A DNA stretch of 64,000 bases, taken from assembly GCF_009914755.1 (NCBI RefSeq), contig NC_060932.1; one strand, given 5' to 3'. This document shows, one piece after another, positions 35,038-49,332 of this stretch. Position 1 is the first letter of the stretch; every line of letters begins with the position of its first letter. The translations under genes were made by a program, and so were the position numbers. Under the pieces are notes generated by a model. It did not search any database, was not told where the DNA came from, and saw only the letters and a program-made list of their open reading frames with translations. This DNA is from the human T2T-CHM13v2.0 reference genome, Homo sapiens.

Positions 35038-36489
35038 GGTCTGAGTGTCTGTTTTCCCATTTACTAGTAGGAGGGTGTCTGCAGAGGGCATCTCTGTCTC
35101 CTGCAGGAATCCGTTTTCACCTTAGCTGGATCAGGGTTATCCCGTGACTCCCTCTCTTAACCTGGGAAGCTTTCTGAATCCAACCTTTGGGGCCAAGTGG
35201 AAACTTCTTTGGGCTTCCTCGTCTCTGTACCAGCTGGAGACCCAGGCAAGAGGGGTTCTTCTCGGGCCTGGGGTTAAGAGGTCTTCTGTCTGGCCAGATC
35301 TATGTCCCTTCTCATTAATCATTCTCTGGGCTCCTATGACCTAAGAATTACTTGCCCCCAGCCTTCGTCTAGGGCCTTTGGAAGTTTCTTCCTTGGGTTG
35401 GAACCCCAAGGTGAGACGTGCTCCCAGGGTGTGTCATAGGCCGAGTGGTGGCTGCTGTGAGACTGTGACACAGCTTAGAGATGCAAGCCAAGAGGTCCTG
35501 TGTGGGAGTGCATGAGACCCTGGAGGCTGAGGATGGTCTTGGCTGTAGGGAGAGAAAGGGGAGGGGCTGCAAGCCAAGGCCCTGCCCTCTTTGTGCTGTC
35601 TGATTCTGGTGCGGGAGTTGTGGGAGTGCAAGGATCCTACATTTTTCCTGGAGGTCCAGGTTGTCTTGGAAGTATATTTGTTTAGGGTGGGAGGATAGAA
35701 CACGTTTTAGTCAACAGTGTGATAGTTTGATTTATAGCTGTTAAATATTAGTCTCTTGGCACATAAGTCTCTGTTTGTTCTTCCCACTATTCTCAAATAT
35801 TTGTGGTGGGACTGAGCGGCCTGCAGGGAAAATCACTCATCCATCCCAGGGCAGGACTGCAGCTTCTGCCTGCATTGACAGTAGGGCTCAGTGCTTCTCA
35901 AATTATGGGTGTTTCCTGAGTCTCTAAACCTTGGAGTCTTTGTGCACTTCTACAACCTCCTCGCTTGGCTTCTCCCTCTTATCAGCTGCTAAGTCTTTCC
36001 ACACAGCCTGTCAAAGGGAGAAAGACATGTTTCTAACTGCCCGCATTCTGTTCTGCTGCATTTCTCATGGTTTATCTGATCTCTGAACTGGGCCCCATCC
36101 CAGGGAGCCAGAGAAGCTGGCTTCTGCACTGGAGGAGAACCACTGCCTTCAAAACAGCCCCAACCCTTCATGTCTTGTTCCAGGAAACTTTCCCCAAGGG
36201 GAGACCACAAGTTAAATCATCTCCACCTGGTTCTTTCACTATCTTGTTTCAAGAACAAACAAGTCAAGTTGCAACGCCCACTGAAAAGAGTGGAGCAGGA
36301 TGCAGTTTGTAATGCCTACCTGCCTGGGGAGCCATGGTCCAAGCACCTCCATAGACTTTCTACAACCTTCAGACAAAGCTTTCAGGACTTGACCGCAGGG
36401 AGTCCATCAACTCCCTGCTTAGCCTCAAATGTCTTCCTTGCACTCCTTGGTCTAGAAACAGCAGTGAGTTTGGAATGCTCCATCTGGCC

Positions 36490-36966
36490 TGTGAACCCCC
36501 AAAATCTGAGACAGGTCTCAGTTAATTTAGAAAGTTTATTTTGTCAAAGTTGGGGTTGTGTGCCTGTGAAACCGCCTCAGGAGATCCTGAGGACATGTGC
36601 CCAAGGTCTTCAGAACACAGTTTGGTTTTACACAATCTAGGGAGACAGGAGACATCAATCAACATGTGCAAGATGAACATCGGTCCGGTCTGGAAAGGCA
36701 GAACAACTTGAAGCAAAGGCGAGAAGACAAAGCAGGGAGGGGCTTCCAAATGATAGGAAGGGCTTCCAAGAATGCAAATGGTTGCATTCTTTTGAATTTC
36801 TGATGAGCCTCTCCAAAGGAGGCAATCAGATATGTATTCATCTCAGTGAGCAGAGGGGTGACTGAATAGAATGGGAGGCAGGTTGTCCCTAAGCAGTTCC
36901 CAGCCGGACCTTTCCCTTTAGCTTAGTGATTTGTTGGGGGACCCCAAGATATATTTTCCTTTTGTA
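36490..36966 (-). mobile_element. MER4A-like ERV1 solo LTR
   Basis: Reverse-complement homolog of 44650-45236. Confidence 0.82.
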
Positions 36967-37089
36967 GGCCCTAGATACTTCTGCTGAATTTTCCATTCTG
37001 CAGATACGGCACCTGGGTTCAATGAGGCTTCTGTCATCTCCTAGATTTGAGTTTTTGGTGTGTCAAGAGGATATGAAATTTTAGGATGC

Positions 37090-37620
37090 TGTGATAGAAT
37101 CAGAGTTTTGCTGGCTTTAAAATATAGCACCAGAAATACAGTGAGGCCAACGGATCAGGACACGGTGCCATTGAAAAGGGAGTTTGTTAGACCCACAGAT
37201 CGCAGGAGGGGCACACAGAGCAGGGGGGCCACATGGGGAAGCCTGGGGTTAGGAAGTAGATGGAGACAAAAGGAACTGTGGGCGAGAGCCTTTCTTGTGA
37301 TTTCCATGGGAAGAAATGAGAAGACAGGGCAAGCAGGTTTGGGATTTGCTAGTATGAATAATTTCAGCAGTTCTGGGGCACAGAGGGTGTCCCTAGTCGT
37401 CTGGTACCTGGCCCAGGGTAGATAAGGGCTGGTGGATAGAGACCAGAGCATGAGAGCCTCCCGAAGAGGGCAACTGGGGGTGTGGACTTTTGATTGGTTG
37501 GTTTGCATTTGAAAGGGGTGCTCCTGGGAGAGTTGCCTACTATCTCTAAGAATTGGCTGACTCTGAGGGGGCAAGTCCCCAGATATCAAGGCATGAGAAT
37601 TCAGACAACAAGAGATACGG
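37090..37620 (-). mobile_element. Old ERVL-type LTR (MER54/MER74-like)
   Basis: Minus strand agccaattcttagagatag...atgcaaaccaaccaatc. Confidence 0.45.
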
Positions 37621-38396
37621 CGAATCCACTGCTCCAACATGCCTTCCCTCAGCCGTGGCTTGGCAGTGGCTCTCAGCAGGTAAACTGTACTCCCTGACCC
37701 GCCGACACAGGGCCTGACAGTGTGCCTTGTGTCCACCAGCAGGAAGCAGTGGCTGCGTGCCTGTTCCAGAAAGGGCAGCATGTGTCTCAGCCCACAGCCT
37801 TCAGCCCTCAGCTCCCATGGGGAGAGCGTGTCATAGGCAGCCCCTGTTCACTGAGCATTTGTCCCCGACAGGGCCACACACAGAGCAGCCCTGAGCCCAG
37901 TCCAGAGCCGGCTGCAGAGGCCACAGAGCCAACTGTGAATGGCGACATGAATGTTTGTGACTTCCAGAATCTGAGATTTGGGGACGTTTGTTCTTGCAGC
38001 AAAAGGCGATCAGTACAGACACCTGGGATTTTGGATGTGCGGGAATCTCTAAGAGCTGCAGGGGCTTCATATCTATACTGCAGGCTTCACCTTTTCCCGC
38101 CACCTTGAAAACTGCTCTTGGTCCTATGGGACTTCCAGACTGCAGGAGGAGATCTTCGAGGCCGTCTTTGTCTTTGACCTCACACAACTCACCGAAGCAA
38201 GTTTACCTTGCCTGTTTTTACCTCCTAAATGTTTCTCGAATCTTTGTCCTCCTCTCTGTTCTTAGTATCTTAGGTCTGGCTTCCATTGTTTCTCCCAGGA
38301 TCAATACAAGAGGCTCCCACATGGGCTCCCCACCTCCAGAATTGCCTTTGGACCTCACATCTGTACTCCACCCAGCTATTAAAGGGATCCCTCTAG

Positions 38397-38852
38397 GATT
38401 AGTGTCCTCGGGCTGCTGTAACAAAGTATGAGAAACTGGGTGGCTCAAAACCACAAAATTGTACTGCCTCACTGTTCTGGAGGTCACAAGTCTGAAATCT
38501 GGTGTTGGCCGGGCCATGCTCCATCTCACAATGCTGAGAGAGGATCCCATCTTGCCTCTTCCAGCTTCTGTTAATGGCTGGCAATCCCTGCCTTCCCTGG
38601 CTTGTAGAGGCATCATGTCCAGTCACACGGCCCTGTATGTCTTCACGTCGTCCTCTCTCTGTATGCCCCTCTCTCTGGGTCCAATTTCTCCTTTATATAA
38701 GGACACCGGTCCTATTGGATTAGGGCCTCCCAAATGACTCCATTACAGGTTGATTATCTATGCAAAGACCCTATTGCCAAATAAAGTCACACTCTGAGTG
38801 GCTGGAGTTAGGACTTGAATGTCTCTTTTCCTGGGGACACAATTCATGCCAT
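38397..38852 (-). mobile_element. MLT1-type MaLR LTR
   Basis: ggctgctgtaacaaa...ttctggaggtcacaagtctgaaatc...ccaaataaagtcacactctgag. Confidence 0.75.
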
Positions 38853-40049
38853 AGCATAATGTATCTGAATTTCATGTCTGACTGTGTCACCTCTTCAAGG
38901 ACCCAAAGTTTTCTGAGGCTCCTCATCTCCCAGGCTGTGCCCCCACCAAAGGTCAGGAGCTGTCTGCTGGAGCTTTGACAGCAACAGGCAAACATGGTCT
39001 ACCTTCCTGGAGCATTGTTTTTCCTCTCAGGATTCAAAAATGATTACCTTGCAATGCAATGGAATGGAATAGAATGGAAGGGACACATGCCTTTGCCTGA
39101 TAAGATGCGGCTTTGAAGGTATTTTGAACATCCAGCAGGTAGCCCCTTTGGCACCAGTGGGGCTTTTGTTCTCATTTGCCCACGCAGGTGAAGCATGTTG
39201 CAGAGCATTTGAACAGCTCTCACCTACAGGAAAAGGCCCAACATTGTTAAATTGTGCAAGGTCATGCTGCACAGATTATTTAATCTTAGCTCAACTCAGC
39301 CATCAGCTCTCTTGCTAACACTTTCCAATGAGGCACCATCAAACTGTTCTTGCTCATGCCTCAGCTCCTGGACTGTTTGCTGATCCCTACTTTTCCCTTG
39401 TCCAACAGGCCTGACTCCCAGTCAGTTAAAGAACGCCTTCTCTGATCCTCTAGGTCTTTCCCACTTTGTGACAGTTACATTCCCCGTGCTTGCGAAAGAC
39501 ATTGATAACGTCTTTATCTTTGTATGTTCTGTATCATATTACAATTTGTAATTACCTTTGGAATGTGACAGCTCACATTAGCAGGTGAATTCTTTAAGGA
39601 AAGCAATTTTTAAAAATATTTTAAATCCTTCACGTCCTTGACATTCGGTGGAGTTCACTTCCTGGGATATACTAGACACTTAACACATGTTTGTGGAAAG
39701 CTGGTGATGTTTTACTTCCTGACACTACAATTTAAAAAATCTCTATCTCACTTTTCAAAACCTTGAAAATAATGCAAAAAACTTTGAGGCAAAAATACAT
39801 TGTTTTGTACTAATATTCAGAAGACTTATGCAACTATTACGACATAATTGATTTGTTGGAATTTTTTCATTTTCAATTACAATAGCATCCATTTTTTATA
39901 ATAGAAAAATTATGAATACATATACAAGGAAAATAAAAATCACAGAGAAAAATAAGCCCAGATGGATTTAGGATTTGTTTGTGAAGGCAGAAATTTAAGT
40001 TAATTTGAGTAAAGTAGTGTGCGATCATGATTACCTCAAGTAGGAAAGA

Positions 40050-40356
<307 letters not shown>

Positions 40357-40741
40357 CTGAGGAAAGAATTTTTCTGAAGTCATGAAAACTGCGAACTGAT
40401 GGGAAAAAGTCTGATATGTTCTACTCCGTTAAAATCAAGAACTTCCTTTTTATGCTAAAGACACTATAATGGAAGTGAAAGCCAGTTCAAAACTGGAGGA
40501 AGATATTCTTACAAATATATTTTACAAAATGTAAGTACGTCTGAATGCAGAAATGACAGAAAGCCAGTTCCCTGCAACCCTCCCCACTGGAAGTATATCT
40601 TCTGCCCAGTGGTGAATTTGCTTAAAGTGGACTAATCAAATGACCGGTGTGCTGGACGTAAGAATTTTCAAAGTCCTCAGCTTCTCTGTGTCTTCACCAT
40701 ATCAGTTTTGTTTCTGTGATTTGTCACAAATATCTGTTTCA

Positions 40742-41152
<411 letters not shown>

Positions 41153-41649
41153 TCATGCCTGCCTGGGTCCCGTGCTATTCCCACCTCTGATCTTGCTGTG
41201 GTGCCTGCCTCTACCCCTCCCATTCCACCTTCATCCCAGGGACTGCCCTACTCCCCTCCTTCCCCATCTCCAGCACCCCTTCCCCCTCCCTCATTCAGCC
41301 CTGTTTCACCCTGGTCCTTCTTTGCTCTGGAGGTTAAAAGAATCTGGTGACTTGTCTTAGGCACAATTTAAAGTTGCGGGACAATAGGTCATTGGGAAAA
41401 ATGTATTCAGAGAGTTGTTTTTTTGGAAAATTAAATAATGGAAAATCAGTCATTCAGGGATTTGACTTGGAGCCCCAGGGAAGAGACCTGGAGCCCAGAT
41501 TACCCAGGCTACCCTTACTGGCCACTAGAAGGCGGCCTTGAGAAAGCGAAGATTTGGACCCTGCAGAAACCAGCTCTTCTTCCACCAAACTTTCTGTAAA
41601 GAGCGGGTGCCTGAAGCCCGTGGGTTTTGCATTAAAAAATGAAATGCAA

Positions 41650-41952
<303 letters not shown>

Positions 41953-42594
41953 TCACCCAAAATTGTAGGGTGAAGTAATGTGGAATCTGAGACGTAGGAC
42001 TACTTCATTTAAAAATGTCGTGTAAAAAAGAGTGGCGAAGGAGGTGGTTTTCTCTTAACAGTGCCCTGTGAAGGTTCCCTGGTGGGGGCGGTGGGTGGAT
42101 GAGGGGCCCCTATAGCTACAGATGGACAGATGGACAGCACGGCAATCTCCTGCGTCATGTCCATCTTCAGAGTCTTTTCTCATTTGGTAACAGGGCTGTT
42201 CACTGGCAAGAAGGAAAAGGAAAGGGTTTTAAGAGATTCACAGAAAAACACAGGAATGATTTAATTTTGTTGAACAGATTTAGAATTCAAATTTGTTAAG
42301 AGCTTAACTTTAAAAGTTGCCGTTCAAGAGGACAGCAGGAAAAGTTAAGGATGCTCCATGCAGAGGTATAGTTTTAGTAATCTGAGAGGTCAGCCCTCAG
42401 GACCTGGGATGTCAGTGGTTCTGTTGCTTGGTTGCCCAGGGGGAATTCGTAATTCAGGATTTATGACTCTGTAGCTTAAAGGACTTTTATGGTCCTCTGT
42501 GATTGTTTTCTTTGTTCTGGCAAATACCCAATCATGATGATGCCTATAGAAAAAGAAAAGAATAATCAGTGTCAAAAAGATCAGACTAAAATTC

Positions 42595-42765
42595 AAGCTT
42601 TTCTTTTTTCCTTCATACTTTTTTCTTTCTTTTCCTGGCTCCCTTCTTTCTTCCCTCTTTCTTTCTCCTTCCTTCTTTTTCTTTCTGTTTTTCCTTCCAT
42701 CTCTTTCTTTGCTTTCTTTTCTCTTTTCTTCTCTTTCCTTTTATTTTCTCTCCTCTTTTTTCCTT
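42595..42765 (+). repeat. CT-rich low-complexity tract
   Basis: Seen directly. Confidence 0.85.
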
Positions 42766-42884
42766 GTCAAATGACTTGATTACTTTTTCCTTACATGCTG
42801 GAACATTTTAACTAATTGCATCTAGTTTTCAATATTATATTTCTCCAAATTTCTTCATTCAAATTAAGACTTTTCAGGTTCTGT

Positions 42885-43207
42885 TTTTTCGTTTGTTTGT
42901 TTGGTTGGTTGGTTTTTTTTTTTTTTTAGACGGAATCTCACTCTGTTACCCAGGCTGGAGTACAATGACGGGATCCCGACTCACCACAACCTCTTTCTCC
43001 TGGGTTGAAGCAATTATCCTACCTCAGCTTCCTGAGTAGCTGGCATACAGGTGCCCACCACCATGCCCAGCTAATTTTTGTATTTGTAGTAGAGTCAAGG
43101 TTTCACTATGTTGGCCAGGCTGGTCTCAAACTCCGGACCTCAAGTGATTCTCCCTCCTCGGTCTCCCAAAGTGCTGGGGTCACAGGCGTGAGCCACCGCG
43201 CCCGGCC
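42885..43207 (-). mobile_element. AluS-like element
   Basis: Reverse Alu with a (GTTT/GGTT)n-T tail. Confidence 0.9.
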
Positions 43208-43609
43208 CAGGTTCTCTTTTGAATTCGTTCCCACTGGCCTTTGTGTTTTTAGTAAATTTGGCCCTCTCTGTCTTTGTGATGTCATCAGCCTTTGCGGACC
43301 TGCAATGTCCCACTCCTCTGCCAGTGTGGAGCCCAAATACACATCATGTCCTCTTTCTCTTTGCAAGCCTGGAGGGCATCCTTAGACTAGGCTAACTTGA
43401 GCTCAGCTCTTGTCTGGACATTGCTGACTGTGTGGAGTCTATTATTCTGAGGTGGACAGGGAGGAGCAGGGAGGGAGGGGCTGAGAGCTGAGGTTTCTGT
43501 CGGGGTGGGTGGTCTAAACACCTGCTGCTTGCATTCAAGGATCTGTTAGTTTCTGCTAGGGTCACTGTGAAAGCGGCTGGACTTAGATCATTTAGTTGAC
43601 ATGTTGTCC

Positions 43610-44405
43610 TGTAACTACCCAATGGGTTCACCCTGCCTGCTGCCTAGACAGAGCCAACTTATCAAGACAGGGGAATTGCAATGGAGAAGAAGTAATTCAT
43701 GCAAAGACTGGAGTTTTGTTGTTACTGAAATCAGTCTCCCTGGCGTTTGGGATCAGAGATTTTAAGGATAATTTAGCAGGTATGGACTCAGAAAGTAGGG
43801 AGTGCTGACTGGTCAGGTTGAAGATGAAATGACAGGGGGTCAAAGTGAGTTTTTGCTGACTTCTGTTCCTGGGTGGGATCACAGAACTGGTTGAGCCAGA
43901 TTTTCAGTCTGGGTGGTGTCATCTGCTGCACCGGAATATAGGATCTGCAAAATACTTCAAGCACTGATCTTAGGTTTTACTATAGTGACGTTATTCCCAG
44001 GAGCAATTGGGAGAGGTCCAGACTCTTGTAGCCAGAGGCTGCATGGTCCCTAAATCATGATATCTAACTGTGTAGCTAATTTGTTCCTACAAAGGCAGAC
44101 TGGTCGCCAGGCAAGAAGGAGTTTTTCTGATATCTAATTTTGTAGCTAATTTGTTAGTCCTACGAAGGCAGACTGGTCCCCAGGCAAAAAGGGGTTTTTT
44201 TGGGGGAAAGGGCTAGTATCCATTTTGTTTCAGAGTTTAAACTATAAACTAAATTCCTTCCCAAGGCTAGCTCGGTTTAGATGGGGTGGGGGAATGAACA
44301 AAGACAGTTTAGACGTTAGAAGGAAGATGGGGGTCCGGGGGTCTGTTAGGTCTGATCTTTCACTGATATAATTTCCTCAGTTATAATTTTGCAAAGGCGG
44401 TTTCG
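43610..44405 (-). mobile_element. LTR8-like ERV1 solo LTR
   Basis: Minus strand begins GAAACCGCCTTTGCAAAATTATAACTGAGGAAATTAT and ends ...GTTACA. Confidence 0.8.
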
Positions 44406-44649
44406 GTCCTGCCTCTCATTACAGGGCCACTTGTTGAGTAAAAGGGTCTCAAAAGATAAAGATATTGGCTTTGATGGGGGTGATGGAGGAGAGAGGATGA
44501 GCCTGACGTCATGTCCCATGCCAGTGAGTGGGGCGTCAGGAAAAAGAAGGAGATTCTTTAACAATGGAAAGCTGCTAAAAATCTATGGAATTGGACTGAG
44601 AGACCATTAGCAGTTTTTGGAAGAAGAAACCACTTCAGGTTTGCTCCCT

Positions 44650-45236
44650 GGGAAAGAAAAATATCTTGGGCCCCCAAAACTCACTAAGCTAAAAGGAAAA
44701 CTCAAGCTGGAAACCGCTTAGGGCCAACCTGCCTCTCATTCTATTCAACCTACCTCCCATTCTATTCAACCTACCTCCCATTCTATTCAACCTACCTCCC
44801 ATTCTATTCAACCTGCCTCCCATTCTATTCAACCTGCCTCCCATTCTATTCAACCTGCCTCCCATTCTAGTCAAAGTTATCTCCCTGCTCATTGAGATGA
44901 ATGCATATCTGATTGCCTCTTTTGGAAAAGCTAATCAGAAACTCGAAATAAGGCAAGTTTGTATTTCACCTATCTGTGACCTGGAAGCCCCTCCCTGCTT
45001 CAAGTCTTCCTGGCTTTCCTTCAAATTGTCCTATCTTTCCAGACCGAACCAATGTACTTTTCACATATATTGATTGATGTCTTATGTCTGCCTAAAATGT
45101 GTAAAACCAAACTGTGCTCCAACCACCTTGGGCACATGACGTCAGGACTTCCTGAGGCTGTGTCACGGGTGCGCATCCTCCACCTTGACAAACTTTCTAA
45201 ATTAACTGAAACCTGTCTCAGATTTTGGGGGTTCCC
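44650..45236 (+). mobile_element. MER4A-like ERV1 solo LTR with internal 21-bp tandem expansion
   Basis: ggaaagaaaaatatcttgggccccc...gaaacctgtctcagattttggggg; paralogous to two other copies in the window. Confidence 0.82.
44725..44871 (+). repeat. Minisatellite, 7 x 21 bp (CAACCTRCCTCCCATTCTATT)
   Basis: Counted directly. Confidence 0.95.
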
Positions 45237-46339
45237 ATACCTAACGAGTCACATCAGTCAAATCAGTTATAACACTTTGCCGAGTAAGTTCCCATAAACG
45301 TTTTATTACCATGTTTGCCATAATTTTAAGGGAGAAAAACAAGGGCCCGAGAGTTTTAAGTCCTTGTCCAGGTAGACACGCAGGTGGGTGGTGGCAGAGG
45401 AACTGGACCCAAGGCCTTCGCCTTCACCTCTCTGGATGGTTTCTAGTCTGTTCAGCTTCAACTGTGACATCCTTTCTGCTCCAAAGCCTTTCAAGTGTCC
45501 AGTTGTACCTGACTTCTGTCTTCTTGTACATATATTCTGATTCAGCCCTGAGCCATACTCTAGGCCACAGTTGGAGGCTCTTCAATCCACAGAAAGAGCA
45601 AAACCACCTTATGAGAGATGGAGGCAGATGGAGGCAGCCAAGGAAACCATGTGTGGATGGGCCAGTCAGGCTCCTTCACGCTGGCCGGCTGGACGAGGTG
45701 ACTCAGGTGTCCCATCCATGACACCTCCAAGAGCAAGATGGAGAATGAGGAAGGAGACTGAGATGAGCTGAGTTCTGATTGTATGTCAGGGGCTGGCTGG
45801 GCTGGATGAGTGCCACATAAAGGTTATCTCACTGAGTCCTCACACCTGTCCGGGGGGGTCCATTTATTCTACTCACTTTCATACACCCAAGAATGCAAGA
45901 ATCAGAGAAGTTGTGCAGCTTGTCCAAAGGCCCAGGTCTGTCTGACTTGAGAGTCAGCCTGTGGTTTCCTGCCCCACGTGGGGTTCACGGTGACCTGCTT
46001 TGGTGCTGGGTCATAGTCGCTGGATGAGAGATTCTCTAGTAGCTGGAGGAAGGGGATCTAAGGGGGGCTGGGCTCACAGAACATGGGGAGGTGAGGAAAA
46101 ACACACTAGAAGCTCTGGCTCAGGTGGAGGCAGGAACGCTCTGGGGTGAAATGTGTTGTCAACCATGGGATGACGGCTGCCCCGGGACAGGACATGTCTA
46201 ATCACACTCTGCCCTGGTTTCTGCAAGAGTCACTGGGCTGGTTACGAAGCTATTGTTTCTCAGCCCCAAGTTCCCTACTCAGTACCTGCTTTGCGGTGGG
46301 GCGGATCTGGGAAGGTCCTGCTCAGCTCTGCCCACAGGG

Positions 46340-46892
46340 CAGGGAGCGGGTAGGGAGGCTGGTGGGGAGTGGGGGAGGCTGGTGGGGAGTGGGGGAGGCT
46401 AGAAGGGACGTGGGGAAGCTGGTGGGGAAAAGGGAGGCTTACGGAGAGTGGGGAGCCTGGCAGGGAGTAGGGGAAGCTGGTGGAAGGGGGGAGGCTGGCG
46501 GGGAGTGGAAAAGCTGGCGGGGAGTAGGGAGGCTGATAGGGAGTGGGGAGGCTGGCGTGGAGGTGGGGATGCTGGCAGGGAGTGGAGAGGCTGGAGGGGA
46601 TGAGGGAGTCTGGCAGAGAGTGGGGGAGGCTGGCAGGGAGTGGGAGAGGCTGGAGGGAGTTGGGGAGGCTGGTGGGGAGTTGGGGAGGCTGGTGGGGAGT
46701 GGGGGGGCTGGTGCAGAGGTGGGGAAGCTGGAGGGGAGGGTGGGGAGGCTGGCGGGGAGGGAGGCTGGCTGGGAGGTGGGGAGGCTGGTGGGGACGGAGG
46801 AGGCTGGCAGGGAGTGGAAAGGCTGGCGGGGACGTGGGAGGCTGGCGGGGACGTGGGAGCCTGGCGGGGACAAGGGAGGCTGGCGGGGAGGG
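46340..46892 (+). repeat. G-rich minisatellite, ~19-20-bp unit GGGGAGGCTGG(T/C)GGGGAGT
   Basis: Roughly 28 degenerate copies, estimated from length. Confidence 0.93.
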
Positions 46893-47392
46893 GCTCCTCC
46901 TGTGGCTGCTTCCTGAGGCCTCCAAAGTCTCTGAGCAGGCCCCCTGACCTACGTGTACCCCGACCTGGCAGCAGCAGTTTCTTCTTGTGGCAGCAGCTGG
47001 ATTTGATTTTGCGTGTTTCCCACTTAGAATCAGCCTCATAATACCCTGTTGGGACTCAGTAAGGGCCTGTGAGGTGAGGCAGGCGTGTTAGCTGGGTCTG
47101 CATCTCTTGTTCTTCCTGCCACTAGCAGACTGCCTCTAGGCAAGTAGCAGACCCAGAAGCATGATTTACCCCCAGGGGGTGGTCTGTTATTCACTCCTTG
47201 TTAGGTCGCTATCAGTCTGCATGGAAAGTCTGCTGTGAATAGGACTCTGCTAGACCCAGGGGTACAAAGTGCTCTGAGACGCAGGGCTGCTCTGGGCTGC
47301 GCTGGGGTCCAGGTGTGAGAGGTGGTAGAAGGTGCAGGGTGCGTGTGCAAGCAGAGAATGCTCAGGAGGTTTCGGTGGTTTAAGGGGAGAAT

Positions 47393-47925
47393 GTGTCAAC
47401 TTAACATAATAGAAAGGGTCAGAAACTAGTTTACAGAGGGTTTATTCAAGTGCAGAGGTTGAAAACGGGACATCTCTGGGAAGCACAGATTCCAAAGAAT
47501 GGAAGTCAGTGTTACCAAGTGTAGAGATTTGGGATTGCTTTATATAAACAAAGCTTAGGGGAATTTCACAGAATTTCAACATCTGTGTAAGGCTTAATGC
47601 ATAGTTCCAATGATCTGATTACTTGAGGGGGGCCTCTTTTGGAAAGGTATATCTAACATTCCACACTGCCATCTAGGCTGAGTTATGGTCGGGACTCTTA
47701 AAGAGGTGGTAAATCTGTAACAAAGGTCTGTGATTAGAAGGCGGAGATCTGGTCTCCGGTGTTTCCTAGCCATTACAGAAAAAGAAGAATGAGGAAGAGT
47801 TAAGCTGTAATCCAAGCAACAGAATTGCAAAACATGTTCCATGACCCAGATCATAGCCACACCTCTCTCAAGGCTTGAGGAGTCCTGGAAGTTCCAACAG
47901 CTTTTAAATGTAATTTATTTTCACA
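47393..47925 (-). mobile_element. ERV1 MER4-group solo LTR (family uncertain)
   Basis: Minus strand TGTGAAAATAAAT...TTGACA; AATAAA near 47441. Confidence 0.6.
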
Positions 47926-48861
47926 AATGCAAATACATATTTAAATATCCTGGCTAGGAAATGTCCAGGAATGCCTGGAGCATATATTTTAGAATACTCT
48001 GTAAGACTAATTAACAGGGGAGAACTGCCCAGAACGGGTTTGGAGGCACAGGTTGGCGGACAGAGAGCCGTGCCCAGAGCGGAAGGAAAGTGAGAGCTGG
48101 AGTGCTGCCTGGGAAAGGCCCAGAGGGGAGGAGCTCTTAGCGAAGGAGGTGAAATGGGATGTGAGGTTTGTGGGATTCGAGACACCAGGAGAAAGTTAAG
48201 CTTTGCCCAGTAGGGCTCCATAGGGAGCCACAGTGATTACTGTGGTGACTGCAGCCTTAAACAAATGGTAGGCGACTTTGTTAAAGGTGTGAGTTGAGCT
48301 TATCTAGGCAGGTATATTAGCCAGTATGTGAAAGCCAGGTATTTATAGTCGAATGTATTTATAGTTGCAATGTGTATTTCTAAACTAAGTCTACTGTGCC
48401 CAGCAAAGTGACATCAGAGACTTTAGACAGAATGCCCCACAGGCTTGGGGTGGGGATGGAGCCCCGCTGGCAACAAGCGTGGATGCTTACTGTGTGCTGA
48501 GAGTAAGTGGGGTTCTGTCTGGGGGGCTGCAGAGACAGCAGAAAAAACTATCTTTAGAGTCCCTTACAGGAGACCTGTTTTTGTGACTTGTCTGAAGAAG
48601 ACCAGTCAGGTCAGACTTGACTAAGCCCAGGAGCAATCATTTCGGCAGTTCCCGCGTGTTTATCAGTGAACCTGGTTTTTAGAAAACAGCAAAACAAAAC
48701 TGAAACAAAAACAAAATCAGAAACCCAATTAAGCAAGACTCTTTACTTACCTCCGTAGGTGTCTGGTCTCTACAGGTAGAATGAGTCCAGGGAGCTGGGA
48801 GGGGGCAGTGATGACACCTCTCTGCATGTCTGGTCTGATGTCAGTTACAATAATCAAACAC

Positions 48862-49306
<445 letters not shown>

Positions 49307-49332
49307 TCAAGGAATGGGTCTGCCAGGTCACA

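Noticed and set aside
33707-35147. 445-aa and 403-aa His/Thr/Cys-rich ORFs
   Set aside because: They arise from a CA/TG repeat that rarely contains stop codons, and several frames are open at once.
44689-44892. CRISPR-like array or (MGGRLNR)n peptide
   Set aside because: Head-to-tail repeats with no unique spacers, inside an LTR in primate DNA.
46146-47041. ~255-aa Gly-rich and Pro-rich ORFs on both strands
   Set aside because: Translations of the G-rich minisatellite.
48744-48778. Consensus minus-strand donor GAG|GTAAGT next to a plus-strand acceptor-like site
   Set aside because: No partner site or reading frame supports an exon.
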